Shown here piece after piece: positions 40,691 to 57,000 of a DNA stretch of 64,000 bases. A program made the position numbers and the translations under genes. Origin of the DNA: Eledone cirrhosa (lineage: Eukaryota). The number at the start of each line of letters is the position of its first letter. Positions within the stretch are counted from its first letter, which is position 1. The stretch spans positions 413,540,001 through 413,604,000 of the forward strand of contig OZ024741.1 in NCBI GenBank assembly GCA_964016885.1, read 5' to 3'. Below the pieces are notes generated by a model, which was given only the letters and a program-made list of their open reading frames with translations, had not been told where the DNA came from and did not search any database.

Positions 40691-41349
40691 GGGTTATAAT
40701 GTCTCTTGAAAGAATCACTGGATTGAGAGATCACAGCTCTGATACTAAAGACATGTGGTTAGAATGTCTCAGGAAAGAATCTCTGAAATGAGAGATCACA
40801 CCTCTGATACTATCGACATATGGTTAGAATGTCTCAGGAAAGAATCTCCAAATTGAGAGATCACAGGTCTGATATTAGAGGCATGTGGTTAGAATGTCTC
40901 ATGAAAGAATCACGGAATTGAGAGATCACAGCTCTGATACTACAGACATGTGGTTAGAATGTCTCAGGAAAGAATCTCTGGATTGAGAGATCACAGCTCT
41001 GATACTACAGACATGTGGTTAGAATGTCTCATGAAAGAATCACTGGATTGAGATATCACAGCTCTGATACTACAGACATGTGGTTAGAATGTCTCAGGAA
41101 AGAATCTCCAAATTGAGAGATCACAGCTCTGATATTACAGACATGTGGTTATAATGTCTCATGAAAGAATCACTGGATTGAGAGATCACAGCTCTGATAC
41201 TTCAGACATGTGGTTAGAATGTTTCAGGAAAGAATCTCCAAATTTTAGAGATCACAGCTCTGATACTACAGACATGTGGTTAGAATGTCTCAGGAAAGAA
41301 TCTCTGAATTGAGAGAACACAGGTCTGATACTATGGACATGTGGATAGA

Positions 41350-43090
41350 ATGTCTCAGGAAAGAATCTCCAAATTGAGAGATCACAGCTCTGATACTACA
41401 GACATGTGGTTAGAATGTCTCAGGAAAGAATCTCTGAATTGAGAAATCACAGTTCTGATACTATGGACATGTGGTTAGAATGTCTGAGGAAATTTTCTCC
41501 AAAATGAGAGGTCACAGCTCTGATATTACAGGCCTGTCGTTAGAATGTTTCATGCAAGAATCACTGGATTGAGAGATCACAGCTCTGACACGACAGACAT
41601 GTGGTTAGAATGTCTCAGGAAAGAATCTCCAAATTGAGAGATCACAGCTCTGATATTACAGACATGTGGTTATAATGTCTCAAGAAAGAATCACTGCATT
41701 GAGAGATCACAGTTCTGATACTATGGACATGTGGTTAGAATGTCTCAGGAAAGAATCTCCAAATTGAGAGATCACAGCTCTGATATTACAGACATGGGGG
41801 TTAGAATGTCTCAGGAAAGAATCTCTGGATTGAGAGATCACAGTTCTGATACTATGGACATGTGGTTAGAATGTCTCAGGAAATTTTCTCCAAATTGAGA
41901 GATCACAGCTCTGATATTACAGGCATGTGGTTAGAATCTCTCATGAAAGAATCACTGGATTGAGAGATCACATCTCTGATACTACAGACATGTGGTTAGA
42001 ATGTCTCATGAAAGAATCACTGGATTGAGAGATCACAGCTCTGATACTACAGACATGTGGTTAGAATGTCTCAGGAAAGAATCTCCAAATTGAGAAATCA
42101 CAGCTCTGATATTACAGACATGTGGTTATAATGTCTCATGAAAGAATCACTGGATTGAGAGATCACAGCTCTGATACTTCAGACATGTGATTAGAATGTC
42201 TCAGGAAAGAATCTCCAAATTGAGAGATCACAGCTCTGATACTACAGACATGTGGTTAGAATGTCTCAGGAAAGAATCTCTGAATTGAGAAATCACAGTT
42301 CTGATACTATGGACATGTGGTTAGAATGTCTGAGGAAATTTTCTCCAAATTGAGAGGTCACAGCTCTGATATTACAGGCCTGTCGTTAGAATGTTTCATG
42401 CAAGAATCACTGGATTGAGAGATCACAGCTCTGACACGACAGACATGTGGTTAGAATGTCTCAGGAAAGAATCTCCAAATTGAGAGATCACAGCTCTGAT
42501 ATTACAGACATGTGGTTATAATGTCTCAAGAAAGAATCACTGCATTGAGAGATCACAGTTCTGATACTATGGACATGTGGTTAGAATGTCTCAGGAAAGA
42601 ATCTCCAAATTGAGAGATCACAGCTCTGATATTACAGACATGGGGGTTAGAATGTCTCAGGAAAGAATCTCTGGATTGAGAGATCACAGTTCTGATACTA
42701 TGGACATGTGGTTAGAATGTCTCAGGAAATTTTCTCCAAATTGAGAGATCACAGCTCTGATATTACAGGCATGTGGTTAGAATCTCTCATGAAAGAATCA
42801 CTGGATTGAGAGATCACAGCTCTGATACTACAGACATGTGGTTAGAATGTCTCATGAAAGAATCACTGGATTGAGAGATCACAGCTCTGATACTACAGAC
42901 ATGTGGTTAGAATGTCTCAGGAAAGAATCTCCAAATTGAGAAATCACAGCTCTGATATTACAGACATGTGGTTATAATGTCTCATGAAAGAATCACTGGA
43001 TTGAGAGATCACAGCTCTGATACTTCAGACATGTGATTAGAATGTCTCAGGAAAGAATCTCCAAATTGAGAGATCACAGCTCTGATACTA
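41350..43090 (+). repeat. 13-monomer (846-bp) tandem duplication
   Basis: GGCCTGTCGT at 41531/42377 and AGACATGTGA at 42181/43027. Boundaries approximate. Confidence 0.85.
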
Positions 43091-46000
43091 CAAACATGTG
43101 GTTATAATGTCTCAGGACAGAATATCTGGATTGAGAGATCACAGCTCTGATACTTCAGACATGTGGTTAGAATGTCTCAGGAAAGAATCTCTGAATTGAG
43201 AGATCACAGTTCTGATACTATGGACATGTGGTTAGAATGTCTGAGGAAGGAATCTCCAAATTGAGAGCTCACACTTCTGATACTACAGACATGTGGTTAG
43301 AATGTCTCAGGAAAGAATCTCCAAGTTGAGAGATCACAGCTCTGATACTACAGACATGTGGTTAGAATGTCTCAGGAAAGAATCTCTGAATTGAGAAATC
43401 ACAGTTCTGATACTATGGACATGTGGTTAGAATGTCTCAGGAAATTTTCTCCAAATTAAGAGATCGCAGCTCTGATATTACAGGCATGTGGTAATATGTC
43501 TCATGCAAGAATCACTGGATTGAGAGATCACAGCTCTGATAATACAGACATGTGGTTAGAATGTCTCATGAAAGAATCACTGGATTGAGAGATCACAGCT
43601 CTGACACGACAGACATGTGGTTAGAATGTCGAAGGAAAGAATCTCTGGTTTGAGAGATCACAGCTCTGATACTTCAGACATGTGGTTAGAATGTCCCAGG
43701 AAAGAATCTCTGAATTGAGAAATCACAGCTCTGATACTACAGACATGTGGTTAGAATGTCCCAGGAAAGAATCTCTGAATTGAGAGATCACAGCTCTGGA
43801 ATTACAGACACGTGGTTAGAATGTCTCAGGAAAGAATTTCTGGATTGAGAGATCACAGCTCTGATACTTCTGACATGTGGTTAGAATGTCTCAGGAAAGA
43901 ATCTCCAAATTGAGAGATCACAGCTCTGATACTACAGACATGTGGTTAGAATGTCCCAGGAAAGAATCTCTGAATTGAGAGATCACAGCTCTGGAATTAC
44001 AGACATGTGGTTAGAACGTCTCAGGAAAGAATTTCTGGATTGACAGATCACAGCTCTGATACTTTAGACATATGGTTAGAATGTCTTAGGAAAGCATCTC
44101 TGAATTGAGAGATCACAGTTCTGATACTATGGACATATGGTTAGAATGTCTTAGGAAAGAATCTCCAAATTGAGAGATCACAGCTCTGATGTTACAGACA
44201 TGGGGTTAGAATGTCTCAGGAAAAAATCTCTGGATTTAGAGATCACAGTTCTGATACTATGGACATGTGGTTAGAATATCTCAGGAAAGAATCTCCAAAT
44301 TGAGAGATCACAGCTCTGATACTACAGACATGTGGTTAGAATGTCTCAGGAAAGAATCTCCAAATTGAGAGATCACAGCTCTGATACAACAAACATGGGG
44401 TTAGAATGTCTCAGGAAAGAATTTCTAAATTGAGAGATCACAGCTCTGATACTACAGACATGTGGTTAGAATGTCTCAGGAAAGAATCTCCAAATTGAGA
44501 GATCACAGCTCTGATATTACAGACATGTGGTTATAATATATCATGAAAGAATCACTGGATTGAGAGATCACAGCTCTGATACTATGGACATGTGGTTAGA
44601 ATGTCTCAGGAAAGAATCACTGGATTGAGAGATCACAGTTCTGATACTATGGACATGTGTTTAGAATGTCTCAGGAAGGAATCTCCAAATTGAGAGATGA
44701 CAGCTCTGATACTACAGACATGTGGTTAGAATGTCTCAGGAAAGAATCTCTGAATTGAGAGATCACAGTTCTGATACTATGGACATGTGGTTAGAATGTC
44801 TCAGGAATTTTCCTCCAAATCGAGAGATCACAGCTCTGATATTATAGGTATGTGCTTAGAATGTCTCATGCAAGAATCACTGGATTGAGAGATCACAGCT
44901 CTGATACTACAGACATGTGGTTAGAATGTCTCTTGAAAGAATCACTGGATTGAGAGATCACAGCTCTGATACTACAGACATGTGGTTAGAATGTCGCAGG
45001 AAAGAAACTCTGGATTGAGAGATCACAGCTCTGATACTTCAGACATGTGGTTAGAATGTCTCAGGAAAGAATCTCCAAATTGAGAGATCACAGCTCTGAT
45101 ATTACAGACATGTGGTTATAATATATCATGAAAGAATCACTGGATTGAGAGATCACAGCTCTGATACTATGGACATGTGGTTAGAATGTCTCAGGAAAGA
45201 ATCACTGGATTGAGAGGTCACAGCTCTGATACTATGGACATGTGGTTAGAATGTCTCAGGAAAGAATCACTAGATTGAGAGGTCACAGCTCTGATACTAT
45301 GGACATGTGGTTAGAATGTCTCAGGAAAGAATCACTGGATTGAGAGATCACAGTTCTGATACTATGGACATGTGTTTAGAATGTCTCAGGAAGGAATCTC
45401 CAAATTGAGAGATGACAGCTCTGATACTACAGACATGTGGTTAGAATGTCTCAGGAAAGAAACTCTGAATTGAGAGATCACAGTTCTGAATCTATGGACA
45501 TGTGGTTAGAATGTCTCAGGAATTTTCCTCCAAATTGAGAGATCACAGCGCTGATATTACAGGTATGTGCTTAGAATGTCTCATGCAAGAATCACTGAAT
45601 TGAGATATCACAGCTCTGATACTACAGACATGTGGTTAGAATGTCTCTTGAAAGAATCACTGGATTGAGAGATCACAGCTCTGATACTACAGACATGTGG
45701 TTACAATGTCGCAGGAAAGAATCTCTGGATTGAGAGATCACAGCTCTGATACTTCAGACATGTGGTTAGAATGTCGAAGGAAAGAATCTCTGAATTGAGA
45801 GATCACAGTTCCGATACTATGGACAGGTGGTTAGAATGTCTGAGAAAGGAATCTCCAAATTGAGAGCTCACACCTCTGATACTACAGACATGTGGTTATA
45901 ATGTCTCAGGAAAGAATCTCCAAGTTGAGAGATCACACATCTGATACTACAGACATGTGGTTAGAATGTCTCAGGAAAGAATCTCCAAGTTGAGAGATCA

Positions 46001-49000
46001 CAGCTCTGATACTACAGACATGTGGTTAGAATGTCTCAGGAAAGAATCTCTGAATTGAGAAATCACAGTTCTGATACTATGGACATGTGGTTAGAATGTC
46101 CCAGGAAAGAATCTCTGAATTGAGAGATCACAGCTCTGGAATTACAGACATGTGGTTAGAATGTCCCAGGAAAGATTTCTGGATTGAGAGATCACAGCTC
46201 TGATACTTCTGACATGTGGTTAGAATGTCTCAGGAAAGAATCTCCAAATTGAGAGATCACAGCTCTGATACTACAGACATGTGGTTAGAATGTCCCAGGA
46301 AAGAATCTCTGAATTGAGAGATCACAGCTCTGGAATTACAGACATGTGGTTAGAACGTCTCAGGAAAGAATTTCTGGATTGAGAGATCACAGCTCTGATA
46401 CTTTAGACATATGGTTAGAATGTCTTAGGAAAGAATCTCTGAATTGAGAGATCACAGTTCTGATACTATGGACATATGGTTAGAATGTCTTAGGAAAGAA
46501 TCTCCAAATTGAGAGATCACAGCTCTGATATTACAGACATGGGGTTAGAATGTCTCAGGAAAGAATCTCTGGATTTAGAGATCACAGTTCTGATACTATG
46601 GACATGTGGTTAGAATGTCTCAGGAAAGAATCTCCAAATTGAGAGATCACAGCTCTGATACTACAGACATGGGGTTAGAATGTCTCAGGAAAGAATCTCC
46701 AAATTGAGAGATCACAGCTCTGATACAACAAACATGGGGTTAGAATGTCTCAGGAAAGAATTTCTAAATTGAGAGATCACAGCTCTGATACTACAGACAT
46801 GTGGTTAGAATGTCTCAGGAAAGAATCTCCAAATTGAGAGATCACAGCTCTGATATTACAGACATGTGGTTATAATATATCATGAAAGAATCACTGGATT
46901 GAGAGATCACAGCTCTGATACTATGGACATGTGGTTAGAATGTCTCAGGAAAGAATCACTGGATTGAGAGATCACAGTTCTGATACTATGGACATGTGTT
47001 TAGAATGTCTCAGGAAGGAATCTCCAAATTGAGAGATGACAGCTCTGATACTACAGACATGTGGTTAGAATGTCTCAGGAAAGAATCTCTGAATTGAGAG
47101 ATCACAGCTCTGATACTTCAGACATGTGGTTAGAATGTCTCAGGAAAGAATCTCTGAATTGAGAGATCACAGTTCTGATACTATGGACATGTGGTTAGAA
47201 TGTCTCAGGAATTTTCCTCCAAATTGAGAGATCACAGCTGTGATATTATAGCTATGTGCTTAGAATGTCTCATGCAAGAATCACTGGATTGAGAGATCAC
47301 AGCTCTGATACTACAGACATGTGGTTAGAATGTCTCTTGAAAGAATCACTGGATTGAGAGATCACAGCTCTGATACTACAGACATGTGGTTAGAATGTCG
47401 CAGGAAAGAATCTCTGGATTGAGAGATCACAGCTCTGATACTTCAGACATGTGGTTAGAATGTCTCAGGAAAGAATCCCTGAATTGAGAGATCACAGCTC
47501 TGGAATTACAGACATGAGGTGAGAATGTCTCAGGAAAGAATTTTTGGATTGAGAGATCACAGTTCTGATTCTATGGACATGTGGTTAGAATGTCTTAGGA
47601 AAGAATCTCCAAATTGAGAGATCACAGCTCTGATATTACAGACATGGGGTTAGAATGTCTCAGGAAAGAATCTCTGGATTTAGAGATCACAGTTCTGATA
47701 CTATGGACATGTGGTTAGAATGTCTCAGGAAAGAATCTCCAAATTGAGAGATCACAGCTCTGATACTACAGACATGTGGTTAGAATGTGTCAGGAAAGAA
47801 TCTCCAAATTGAGAGATCACAGATCTGATACAACAAACATGCGGTTAGAATGTCTCAGGAAAGAATTTCTAAATTGAGAGATCACAGCTCTGATACTACA
47901 GACATGTGGTTAGAATGTCTCAGGAAAGAATCTCCAAATTGAGAGATCACAGCTCTGATATTACAGACATGTGGTTATAATGTTTCATGAAAGAATCACT
48001 GGATTGAAAGATCACAGCTCTGATACTACAGACATGTGGTTAGAACGTCTCATGAAAAAATCACTGGATTGAGAGATCACAGCTCTGACACGACAGACAT
48101 GTGGTTAGAATGTCTCAGGAAAGAATCTCTAAATTGAGAGATCACAGCTCTGATATTACAGACATGTGGTTATAATGTCTCATGAAAGAATCACTGCATT
48201 GAGAGCTCACAGCTCTGATACTACACACATGTGGTTAGAATGTCTCAGGAAAGAATCTTGGATTGAGAGATCACAGCTCTGATACTTCAGACATGTGGTT
48301 AGAATGTCTCAGGAAAGAATCTCCAAATTGAGAGATCACAGCTCTGATATTAGAGGCATGTGGTTAGAATGTCTCATGAAAGAATCACGGAATTGAGAGA
48401 TCACAGCTCTGATACTACAGACATGTGGTTAGAATGTCTCAGGAAAGAATCTCTGGATTGAGAGATCACAGCTCTGATACTTCAGACATGTGGTTAGAAC
48501 GTCTCAGGAAAGAATCTCCAAATTGAGAGATCACAGCTCTGATACTACAAACATGTGGTTATAATGTCTCAGGACAGAATATCTGGATTGATAGATCACA
48601 GCTCCGATACTTCAGACATGTGGTTAGAATGTCTCAGGAAAGAATCTCTGAATTGAGAGATCACAGTTCTGATACTATGGACATGTGGTTAGAATGTCTG
48701 AGGAAGGAATCTCCAAATTGAGAGCTCACACCTCTGATACTACAGACATGTGGTTAGAATGTCTCAGGAAAGAATCTCCAAGTTGAGAGATCACAGCTCT
48801 GATACTACAGACATGTGGTTAGAATGTCTCAGGAAAGAATCTCTGAATTGAGAAATCACAGTTCTGATACTATGGACATGTGGTTAGAAAGTCTCAGGAA
48901 ATTTTCTCCAAATTAAGAGATCACAGCTCTGATATTACAGGCATGTGGTTAGAATGTCTCATGCAAGAATCACTGGATTGAGAGATCACAGCTCTGATAA

Positions 49001-51042
49001 TACAGACATGTGGTTAGAATGTCTCATGAAAGAATCACTGGATTGAGAGATCACAGCTCTGACACGACAGACATGTGGTTAGAATGTGGAAGGAAAGAAT
49101 CTCTGGTTTGAGAGATCACAGCTCTGATACTTCAGACATGTGGTTAGAATGTCCCAGGAAAGAATCTCTGAATTGAGAAATCACAGCTCTGATACTACAG
49201 ACATGTGGTTAGAATTTCCCAGGAAAGAATCTCTGAATTGAGAGATCACAGCTCTGGAATTACAGACATGTGGTTGGAATGTCTCATGAAAGAATTTCTG
49301 GATTGAGAGATCACAGCTCTGATACTTCTGACATGTGGTTAGAATGTCTCAGGAAAGAATCTCCAAATTGAGAGATCACAGCTCTGATACTACAGACATG
49401 TGGTTAGAATGTCCCAGGAAAGAATCTCTGAATTGAGAGATCACAGCTCTGGAATTACAGACATGTGGTTAGAACGTCTCAGGAAAGAATTTCTGGATTG
49501 AGAGATCACAGCTCTGATACTTTAGACATATGGTTAGAATGTCTTAGGAAAGAATCTCTGAATTTAGAGATCACAGTTCTGATACTATGGACATATGGTT
49601 AGAATGTCTTAGGAAAGAATCTCCAAATTGAGAGATCACAGCTCTGATATTACAGACATGGGGTTAGAATGTCTCAGGAAAGAATCTCTGGATTTAGAGA
49701 TCACAGTTCTGATACTATGGACATGTGGTTAGAATGTCTCAGGAAAGAATCTCCAAATTGAGAGATCACAGCTCTGATACTACAGACATGTGGTTAAAAT
49801 GTCTCAGGAAAGAATCTCCAAATTGAAAGATCACAGTTCTGATACAACAAACATGGGGTTAGAATGTCTCAGGAAAGAATCTCTGAATTGAGAGATCACA
49901 GTTCTGATACTATGGACATGTGGTTAGAATGTCTCAGGAATTTTCCTCCAAATTGAGAGATCACAGCTCTGATATTACAGGTATGTGCTTAGAATGTCTC
50001 ATGCAAGAATCACTGGATTGAGAGATCACAGCTCTGATACTACAGACATGTGGTTAGAATGTCTCTTGAAAGAATCACTGGATTGAGAGATCACAGCTCT
50101 GATACTACAGACATGTGGTTAGAATGTCGCAGGAAAGAATCTCTGGATTGAGAGATCACAGCTCTGATACTTCAGACATGTGGTTAGAAAGTCTCAGGAA
50201 AGAATCCCTGAATTGAGAGATCACAGCTCTGATACTACAGACATGTGGTTAGAATGTCCCAGGAAAGAATCTCTGAATTGAGAGATCACAGCTCTGGAAT
50301 TACAGACATGAGGTTAGAATGTCTCAGGAAAGAATTTCTGGATTGAGAGATCACAGCTCTGATATTACAGGCATATGGTTAGAATGTCTCAGGAAGGAAT
50401 CTCCAAATTGAGAGATGACAGCTCTGATACTACAGACATGTGGTTAGAATGTCTCAGAAAAGAATCTCTGAATTGAGAGATCACAGCTCTGATACTTCAG
50501 ACATGTGGTTAGAATGTCTAAGGAAAGAATACCTGAATTGAGAGATCACAGCTCTGATACTACAGACATGTGGTTAGAATGTCCCAGGAAAGAATTTCTG
50601 GATTGAGAGGTCACAGCTCTGATACTATGGACATGTGGTTAGAATGTCTCAGGAAAGAATCACTGGATTGAGAGATCACAGTTCTGATACTATGGACATG
50701 TGTTTAGAATGTCTCAGGAAGGAATCTCCAAATTGAGAGATGACAGCTCTGATACTACAGACATGTGGTTAGAATGTCTCAGGAATTTTCCTCCAAATTG
50801 AGAGATCACAGCTCTGATATTACAGGTATGTGCTTAGAATGTCTCATGCAAGAATCACTGGATTGAGAGATCACAGCTCTGATACTACAGACATGTGGTT
50901 AGAATGTCTCTTGAAAGAATCACTGGATTGAGAGATCACAGCTCTGATACTACAGACATGTGGTTAGAATGTCGCAGGAAAGAATCTCTGGATTGAGAGA
51001 TCACAGCTCTGATACTTCAGACATGTGGTTAGAATGTCTCAT

Positions 51043-54000
51043 GAAAGAATCCCTGAATTGAGAGATCACAGCTCTGATACTACAGACATGTGGTTAGAAT
51101 GTCCCAGGAAAGAATCTCTGAATTGAGAGATCACAGCTCTGGAATTACAGACATGAGGTTAGAATGTCTCAGGAAAGAATTTCTGGATTGAGAGATCACA
51201 GTTCTGATTCTATGGACATGTGGTTAGAATGTCTTAGGAAAGAATATCCAAATTGAGAGATCACAGCTCTTATATTACAGACATGGTGTTAGTATGTCTT
51301 ACGAAAGAATCTCTGGATTGGGAGATCACAGTTCTGATACTATGGACATGTGGTTAGAATGTCTCAGGAAAGAATCTCCAAATTGAGAGATCACAGCTCT
51401 GATACTACAGACATGTGGTTAGAATGTCTCAGGAAAGAATCTCCAAATTAAGAGATCACAGCTCTAATACAACAAACATGTGGTTAGAATGTCTCAGGAA
51501 AGAATCTCTAAATTGAGAGATCACAGCTCTGATACTACAGACATGTGGTTACAATGTCTCAGGAAAGAATCTCTGAATTGAGAGATCACAGTTCTGATAC
51601 TATGGACATGTGGTCAGAATGTCTCAGGAAATTTTCTCAAAATTGAGAGATCACAGCTCTGATATTACAGGCATGTGGTTAGAATGTCTCATGCAAGAAT
51701 CACTGGATTGAGTGATCACAGCTCTGATACTATGGACATGTGGTTAGAATGTCTCAGGAAAGAATCACTGGATTGAGAGTTCACAGCTCTGATACTATGG
51801 AAATGTGGTTAGAATGTCTCATGCAAGAATCACTGAATTGAGTGTTCACAGCTCTGATAATATGGACATGTGGTTAGAATGTCTCAGGAAAGAATCTCTA
51901 AATTGAGAGATCACAGCTCTGATACTACAGACATGTGTTTAGAATGTCTCAGGAAAGAATCTCTGAATTGAGAAATCACAGTTCTGATACTATGGACATG
52001 TGGTTAGAATGTCTCAGGAAATTTTCTCCAAATTGAGAGGTCACAGCTCTGATATTACAGGCATGTGGTTAGAATGTTTCATGCAAGAATCACTGGATTG
52101 AAAGATCACAGCTCTGATACTACAGACATGTGGTTAGAACGTCTCATGAAAAAATCACTGGATTGAGTGATCACAGCTCTGACACGACAGACATGTGGTT
52201 AGAATGTCTCAGGAAAGAATCTCTAAATTGAGAGATCACAGCTCTGATATTACAGACATGTGGTTACAATGTCTCATGAAAGAATCACTGCATTGAGAGC
52301 TCACAGCTCTGATACTACACACATGTGGTTAGAATGTCTCAGGAAAGAATCTTGGATTGAGAGATCACAGCTCTGATACATCAGACATGTGGTTAGAATG
52401 TCTCAGGAAAGAATCTCCAAATTGAGAGATCACAGCTCTGATATTAGAGGCATGTGGTTAGAATGTCTCATGAAAGAATCACGGAATTGAGAGATCACAG
52501 CTCTGATACTACAGACATGTGGTTAGAATGTCTCAGGAAAGAATCTCTGGATTGAGAGATCACAGCTCTGATACTTCAGACATGTGGTTAGAACGTCTCA
52601 GGAAAGAATCTCCAAATTGAGAGATCACAGCTCTGATACTACAAACATGTGGTTATAATGTCTCAGGACAGAATATCTGGATTGATAGATCACAGCTCCG
52701 ATACTTCAGACATGTGGTTAGAATGTCTCAGGAAAGAATCTCTGAATTGAGAGATCACAGTTCTGATACTATGGACATGTGGTTAGAATGTCTGAGGAAG
52801 GAATCTCCAAATTGAGAGCTCACACCTCTGATACTACAGACATGTGGTTAGAATGTCTCAGGAAAGAATCTCCAAGTTGAGAGATCACAGCTGTGATACT
52901 ACAGACATGTGGTTAGAATGTCTCAGGAAAGAATCTCTGAATTGAGAAATCACAGTTCTGACACTATGGACATGTGGTTAGAAAGTCTCAGGAAACTTTC
53001 TCCAAATTAAGAGATCACAGCTCTGATATTACAGGCATGTGGTTAGAATGTCTCATGCAAGAATCACTGGATTGAGAGATCACAGCTCTGATAATACAGA
53101 CATGTGGTTAGAATGTCTCATGAAAGAATCACTGGATTGAGAGATCACAGCTCTGACACTACAGACATGTGGTTAGAATGTGGAAGGAAAGAATCTCTGG
53201 TTTGAGAGATCACAGCTCTGATACTTCAGACATGTGGTTAGAATGTCCCAGGAAAGAATCTCTGAATTGAGAAATCACAGCTCTGATACTATAGACATGT
53301 GGTTAGAATTTCCCAGGAAAGAATCTCTGAATTGAGAGATCACAGCTCTGGAATTACAGACATGTGGTTGGAATGTCTCAGAAAAGAATTTCTGGATTGA
53401 GAGATCACAGCTCTGATACTTCTGACATGTGGTTAGAATGTCTCAGGAAAGAATCTCCAAATTGAGAGATCACAGCTCTGATACTACAGACATGTGGTTA
53501 GAATGTCCCAGGAAAGAATCTCTGAATTGAGAGATCACAGCTCTGGAATTACAGACATGTGGTTAGAACGTCTCAGGAAAGAATTTCTGGATTGAGAGAT
53601 CACAGCTCTGATACTTTAGACATATGGTTAGAATGTCTTAGGATAGAATCTCTGAATTGAGAGATCACAGTTCCGATACTATGGACATATGGTTAGAATG
53701 TCTCAGGAAAGAATCTCCAAATTGAGAGATCACAGCTCTGATACTACAGACATGTGGTTAGAATGTCTCAGGAAAGAATCTCCAAATTGAGAGATCACAG
53801 CTCTGATACTACAGACATGTGGTTAAAATGTCTCAGGAAAGAATCTCCAAATTGAAAGATCACAGTTCTGATACAACAAACATGGGGTTAGAATGTCTCA
53901 GGAAAGAATCTCTGAATTGAGAGATCACAGTTCTGATACTATGGACATGTGGTTAGAATGTCTCAGGAATTTTCCTCCAAATTGAGAGATCACAGCTCTG

Positions 54001-57000
54001 ATATTACAGGTATGTGCTTAGAATGTCTCATGCAAGAATCACTGGATTGAGAGATCACAGCTCTGATACTACAGACATGTGGTTAGAATGTCTCTTGAAA
54101 GAATCACTGGATTGAGAGATCACAGCTCTGATACTACAGACATGTGGTTAGAATGTCGCAGGAATGAATCTCTGGATTGAGAGATCACAGCTCTGATACT
54201 TCAGACATGTGGTTAGAAAGTCTCAGGAAAGAATCCCTGAATTGAGAGATCACAGCTCTGATACTACAGACATGTGGTTAGAATGTCCCAGGAAAGAATC
54301 TCTGAATTGAGAGATCACAGCTCTGGAATTACAGACATGAGGTTAGAATGTCTCAGGAAAGAATTTCTGGATTGAGAGATCACAGTTCTGATTCTATGGA
54401 CATGTGGTTAGAATGTCTTAGGAAAGAATATCCAAATTGAGAGATCACAGCTCTTATATTACAGACATGGTGTTAGTATGTCTTACGAAAGAATCTCTGG
54501 ATTGGGAGATCACAGTTCTGATACTATGGACATGTGGTTAGAATGTCTCAGGAAAGAATCTCCAAATTGAGAGATCACAGCTCTGATACTACAGACATGT
54601 GGTTAGAATGTCTCAGGAAAGAATCTCCAAATTAAGAGATCACAGCTCTAATACAACAAACATGTGGTTAGAATGTCTCAGGAAAGAATCTCTAAATTGA
54701 GAGATCACAGCTCTGATACTACAGACATGTGGTTACAATGTCTCAGGAAAGAATCTCTGAATTGAGAGATCACAGTTCTGATACTATGGACATGTGGTCA
54801 GAATGTCTCAGGAAATTTTCTCAAAATTGAGAGATCACAGCTCTGATATTACAGGCATGTGGTTAGAATGTCTCATGCAAGAATCACTGGATTGAGTGAT
54901 CACAGCTCTGATACTATGGACATGTGGTTAGAATGTCTCAGGAAAGAATCACTGGATTGAGAGTTCACAGCTCTGATACTATGGAAATGTGGTTAGAATG
55001 TCTCATGCAAGAATCACTGAATTGAGTGTTCACAGCTCTGATAATATGGACATGTGGTTAGAATGTCTCAGGAAAGAATCTCTAAATTGAGAGATCACAG
55101 CTCTGATACTACAGACATGTGTTTAGAATGTCTCAGGAAAGAATCTCTGAATTGAGAAATCACAGTTCTGATACTATGGACATGTGGTTAGAATGTCTCA
55201 GGAAATTTTCTCCAAATTGAGAGGTCACAGCTCTGATATTACAGGCATGTGGTTAGAATGTTTCATGCAAGAATCACTGGATTGAAAGATCACAGCTCTG
55301 ATACTACAGACATGTGGTTAGAACGTCTCATGAAAAAATCACTGGATTGAGTGATCACAGCTCTGACACGACAGACATGTGGTTAGAATGTCTCAGGAAA
55401 GAATCTCTAAATTGAGAGATCACAGCTCTGATATTACAGACATGTGGTTACAATGTCTCATGAAAGAATCACTGCATTGAGAGCTCACAGCTCTGATACT
55501 ACACACATGTGGTTAGAATGTCTCAGGAAAGAATCTTGGATTGAGAGATCACAGCTCTGATACATCAGACATGTGGTTAGAATGTCTCAGGAAAGAATCT
55601 CCAAATTGAGAGATCACAGCTCTGATATTAGAGGCATGTGGTTAGAATGTCTCATGAAAGAATCACGGAATTGAGAGATCACAGCTCTGATACTACAGAC
55701 ATGTGGTTAGAATGTCTCAGGAAAGAATCTCTGGATTGAGAGATCACAGCTCTGATACTTCAGACATGTGGTTAGAACGTCTCAGGAAAGAATCTCCAAA
55801 TTGAGAGATCACAGCTCTGATACTACAAACATGTGGTTATAATGTCTCAGGACAGAATATCTGGATTGATAGATCACAGCTCCGATACTTCAGACATGTG
55901 GTTAGAATGTCTCAGGAAAGAATCTCTGAATTGAGAGATCACAGTTCTGATACTATGGACATGTGGTTAGAATGTCTGAGGAAGGAATCTCCAAATTGAG
56001 AGCTCACACCTCTGATACTACAGACATGTGGTTAGAATGTCTCAGGAAAGAATCTCCAAGTTGAGAGATCACAGCTGTGATACTACAGACATGTGGTTAG
56101 AATGTCTCAGGAAAGAATCTCTGAATTGAGAAATCACAGTTCTGACACTATGGACATGTGGTTAGAAAGTCTCAGGAAACTTTCTCCAAATTAAGAGATC
56201 ACAGCTCTGATATTACAGGCATGTGGTTAGAATGTCTCATGCAAGAATCACTGGATTGAGAGATCACAGCTCTGATAATACAGACATGTGGTTAGAATGT
56301 CTCATGAAAGAATCACTGGATTGAGAGATCACAGCTCTGACACTACAGACATGTGGTTAGAATGTGGAAGGAAAGAATCTCTGGTTTGAGAGATCACAGC
56401 TCTGATACTTCAGACATGTGGTTAGAATGTCCCAGGAAAGAATCTCTGAATTGAGAAATCACAGCTCTGATACTATAGACATGTGGTTAGAATTTCCCAG
56501 GAAAGAATCTCTGAATTGAGAGATCACAGCTCTGGAATTACAGACATGTGGTTGGAATGTCTCAGAAAAGAATTTCTGGATTGAGAGATCACAGCTCTGA
56601 TACTTCTGACATGTGGTTAGAATGTCTCAGGAAAGAATCTCCAAATTGAGAGATCACAGCTCTGATACTACAGACATGTGGTTAGAATGTCCCAGGAAAG
56701 AATCTCTGAATTGAGAGATCACAGCTCTGGAATTACAGACATGTGGTTAGAACGTCTCAGGAAAGAATTTCTGGATTGAGAGATCACAGCTCTGATACTT
56801 TAGACATATGGTTAGAATGTCTTAGGATAGAATCTCTGAATTGAGAGATCACAGTTCCGATACTATGGACATATGGTTAGAATGTCTCAGGAAAGAATCT
56901 CCAAATTGAGAGATCACAGCTCTGATACTACAGACATGTGGTTAGAATGTCTCAGGAAAGAATCTCCAAATTGAGAGATCACAGCTCTGATACTACAGAC

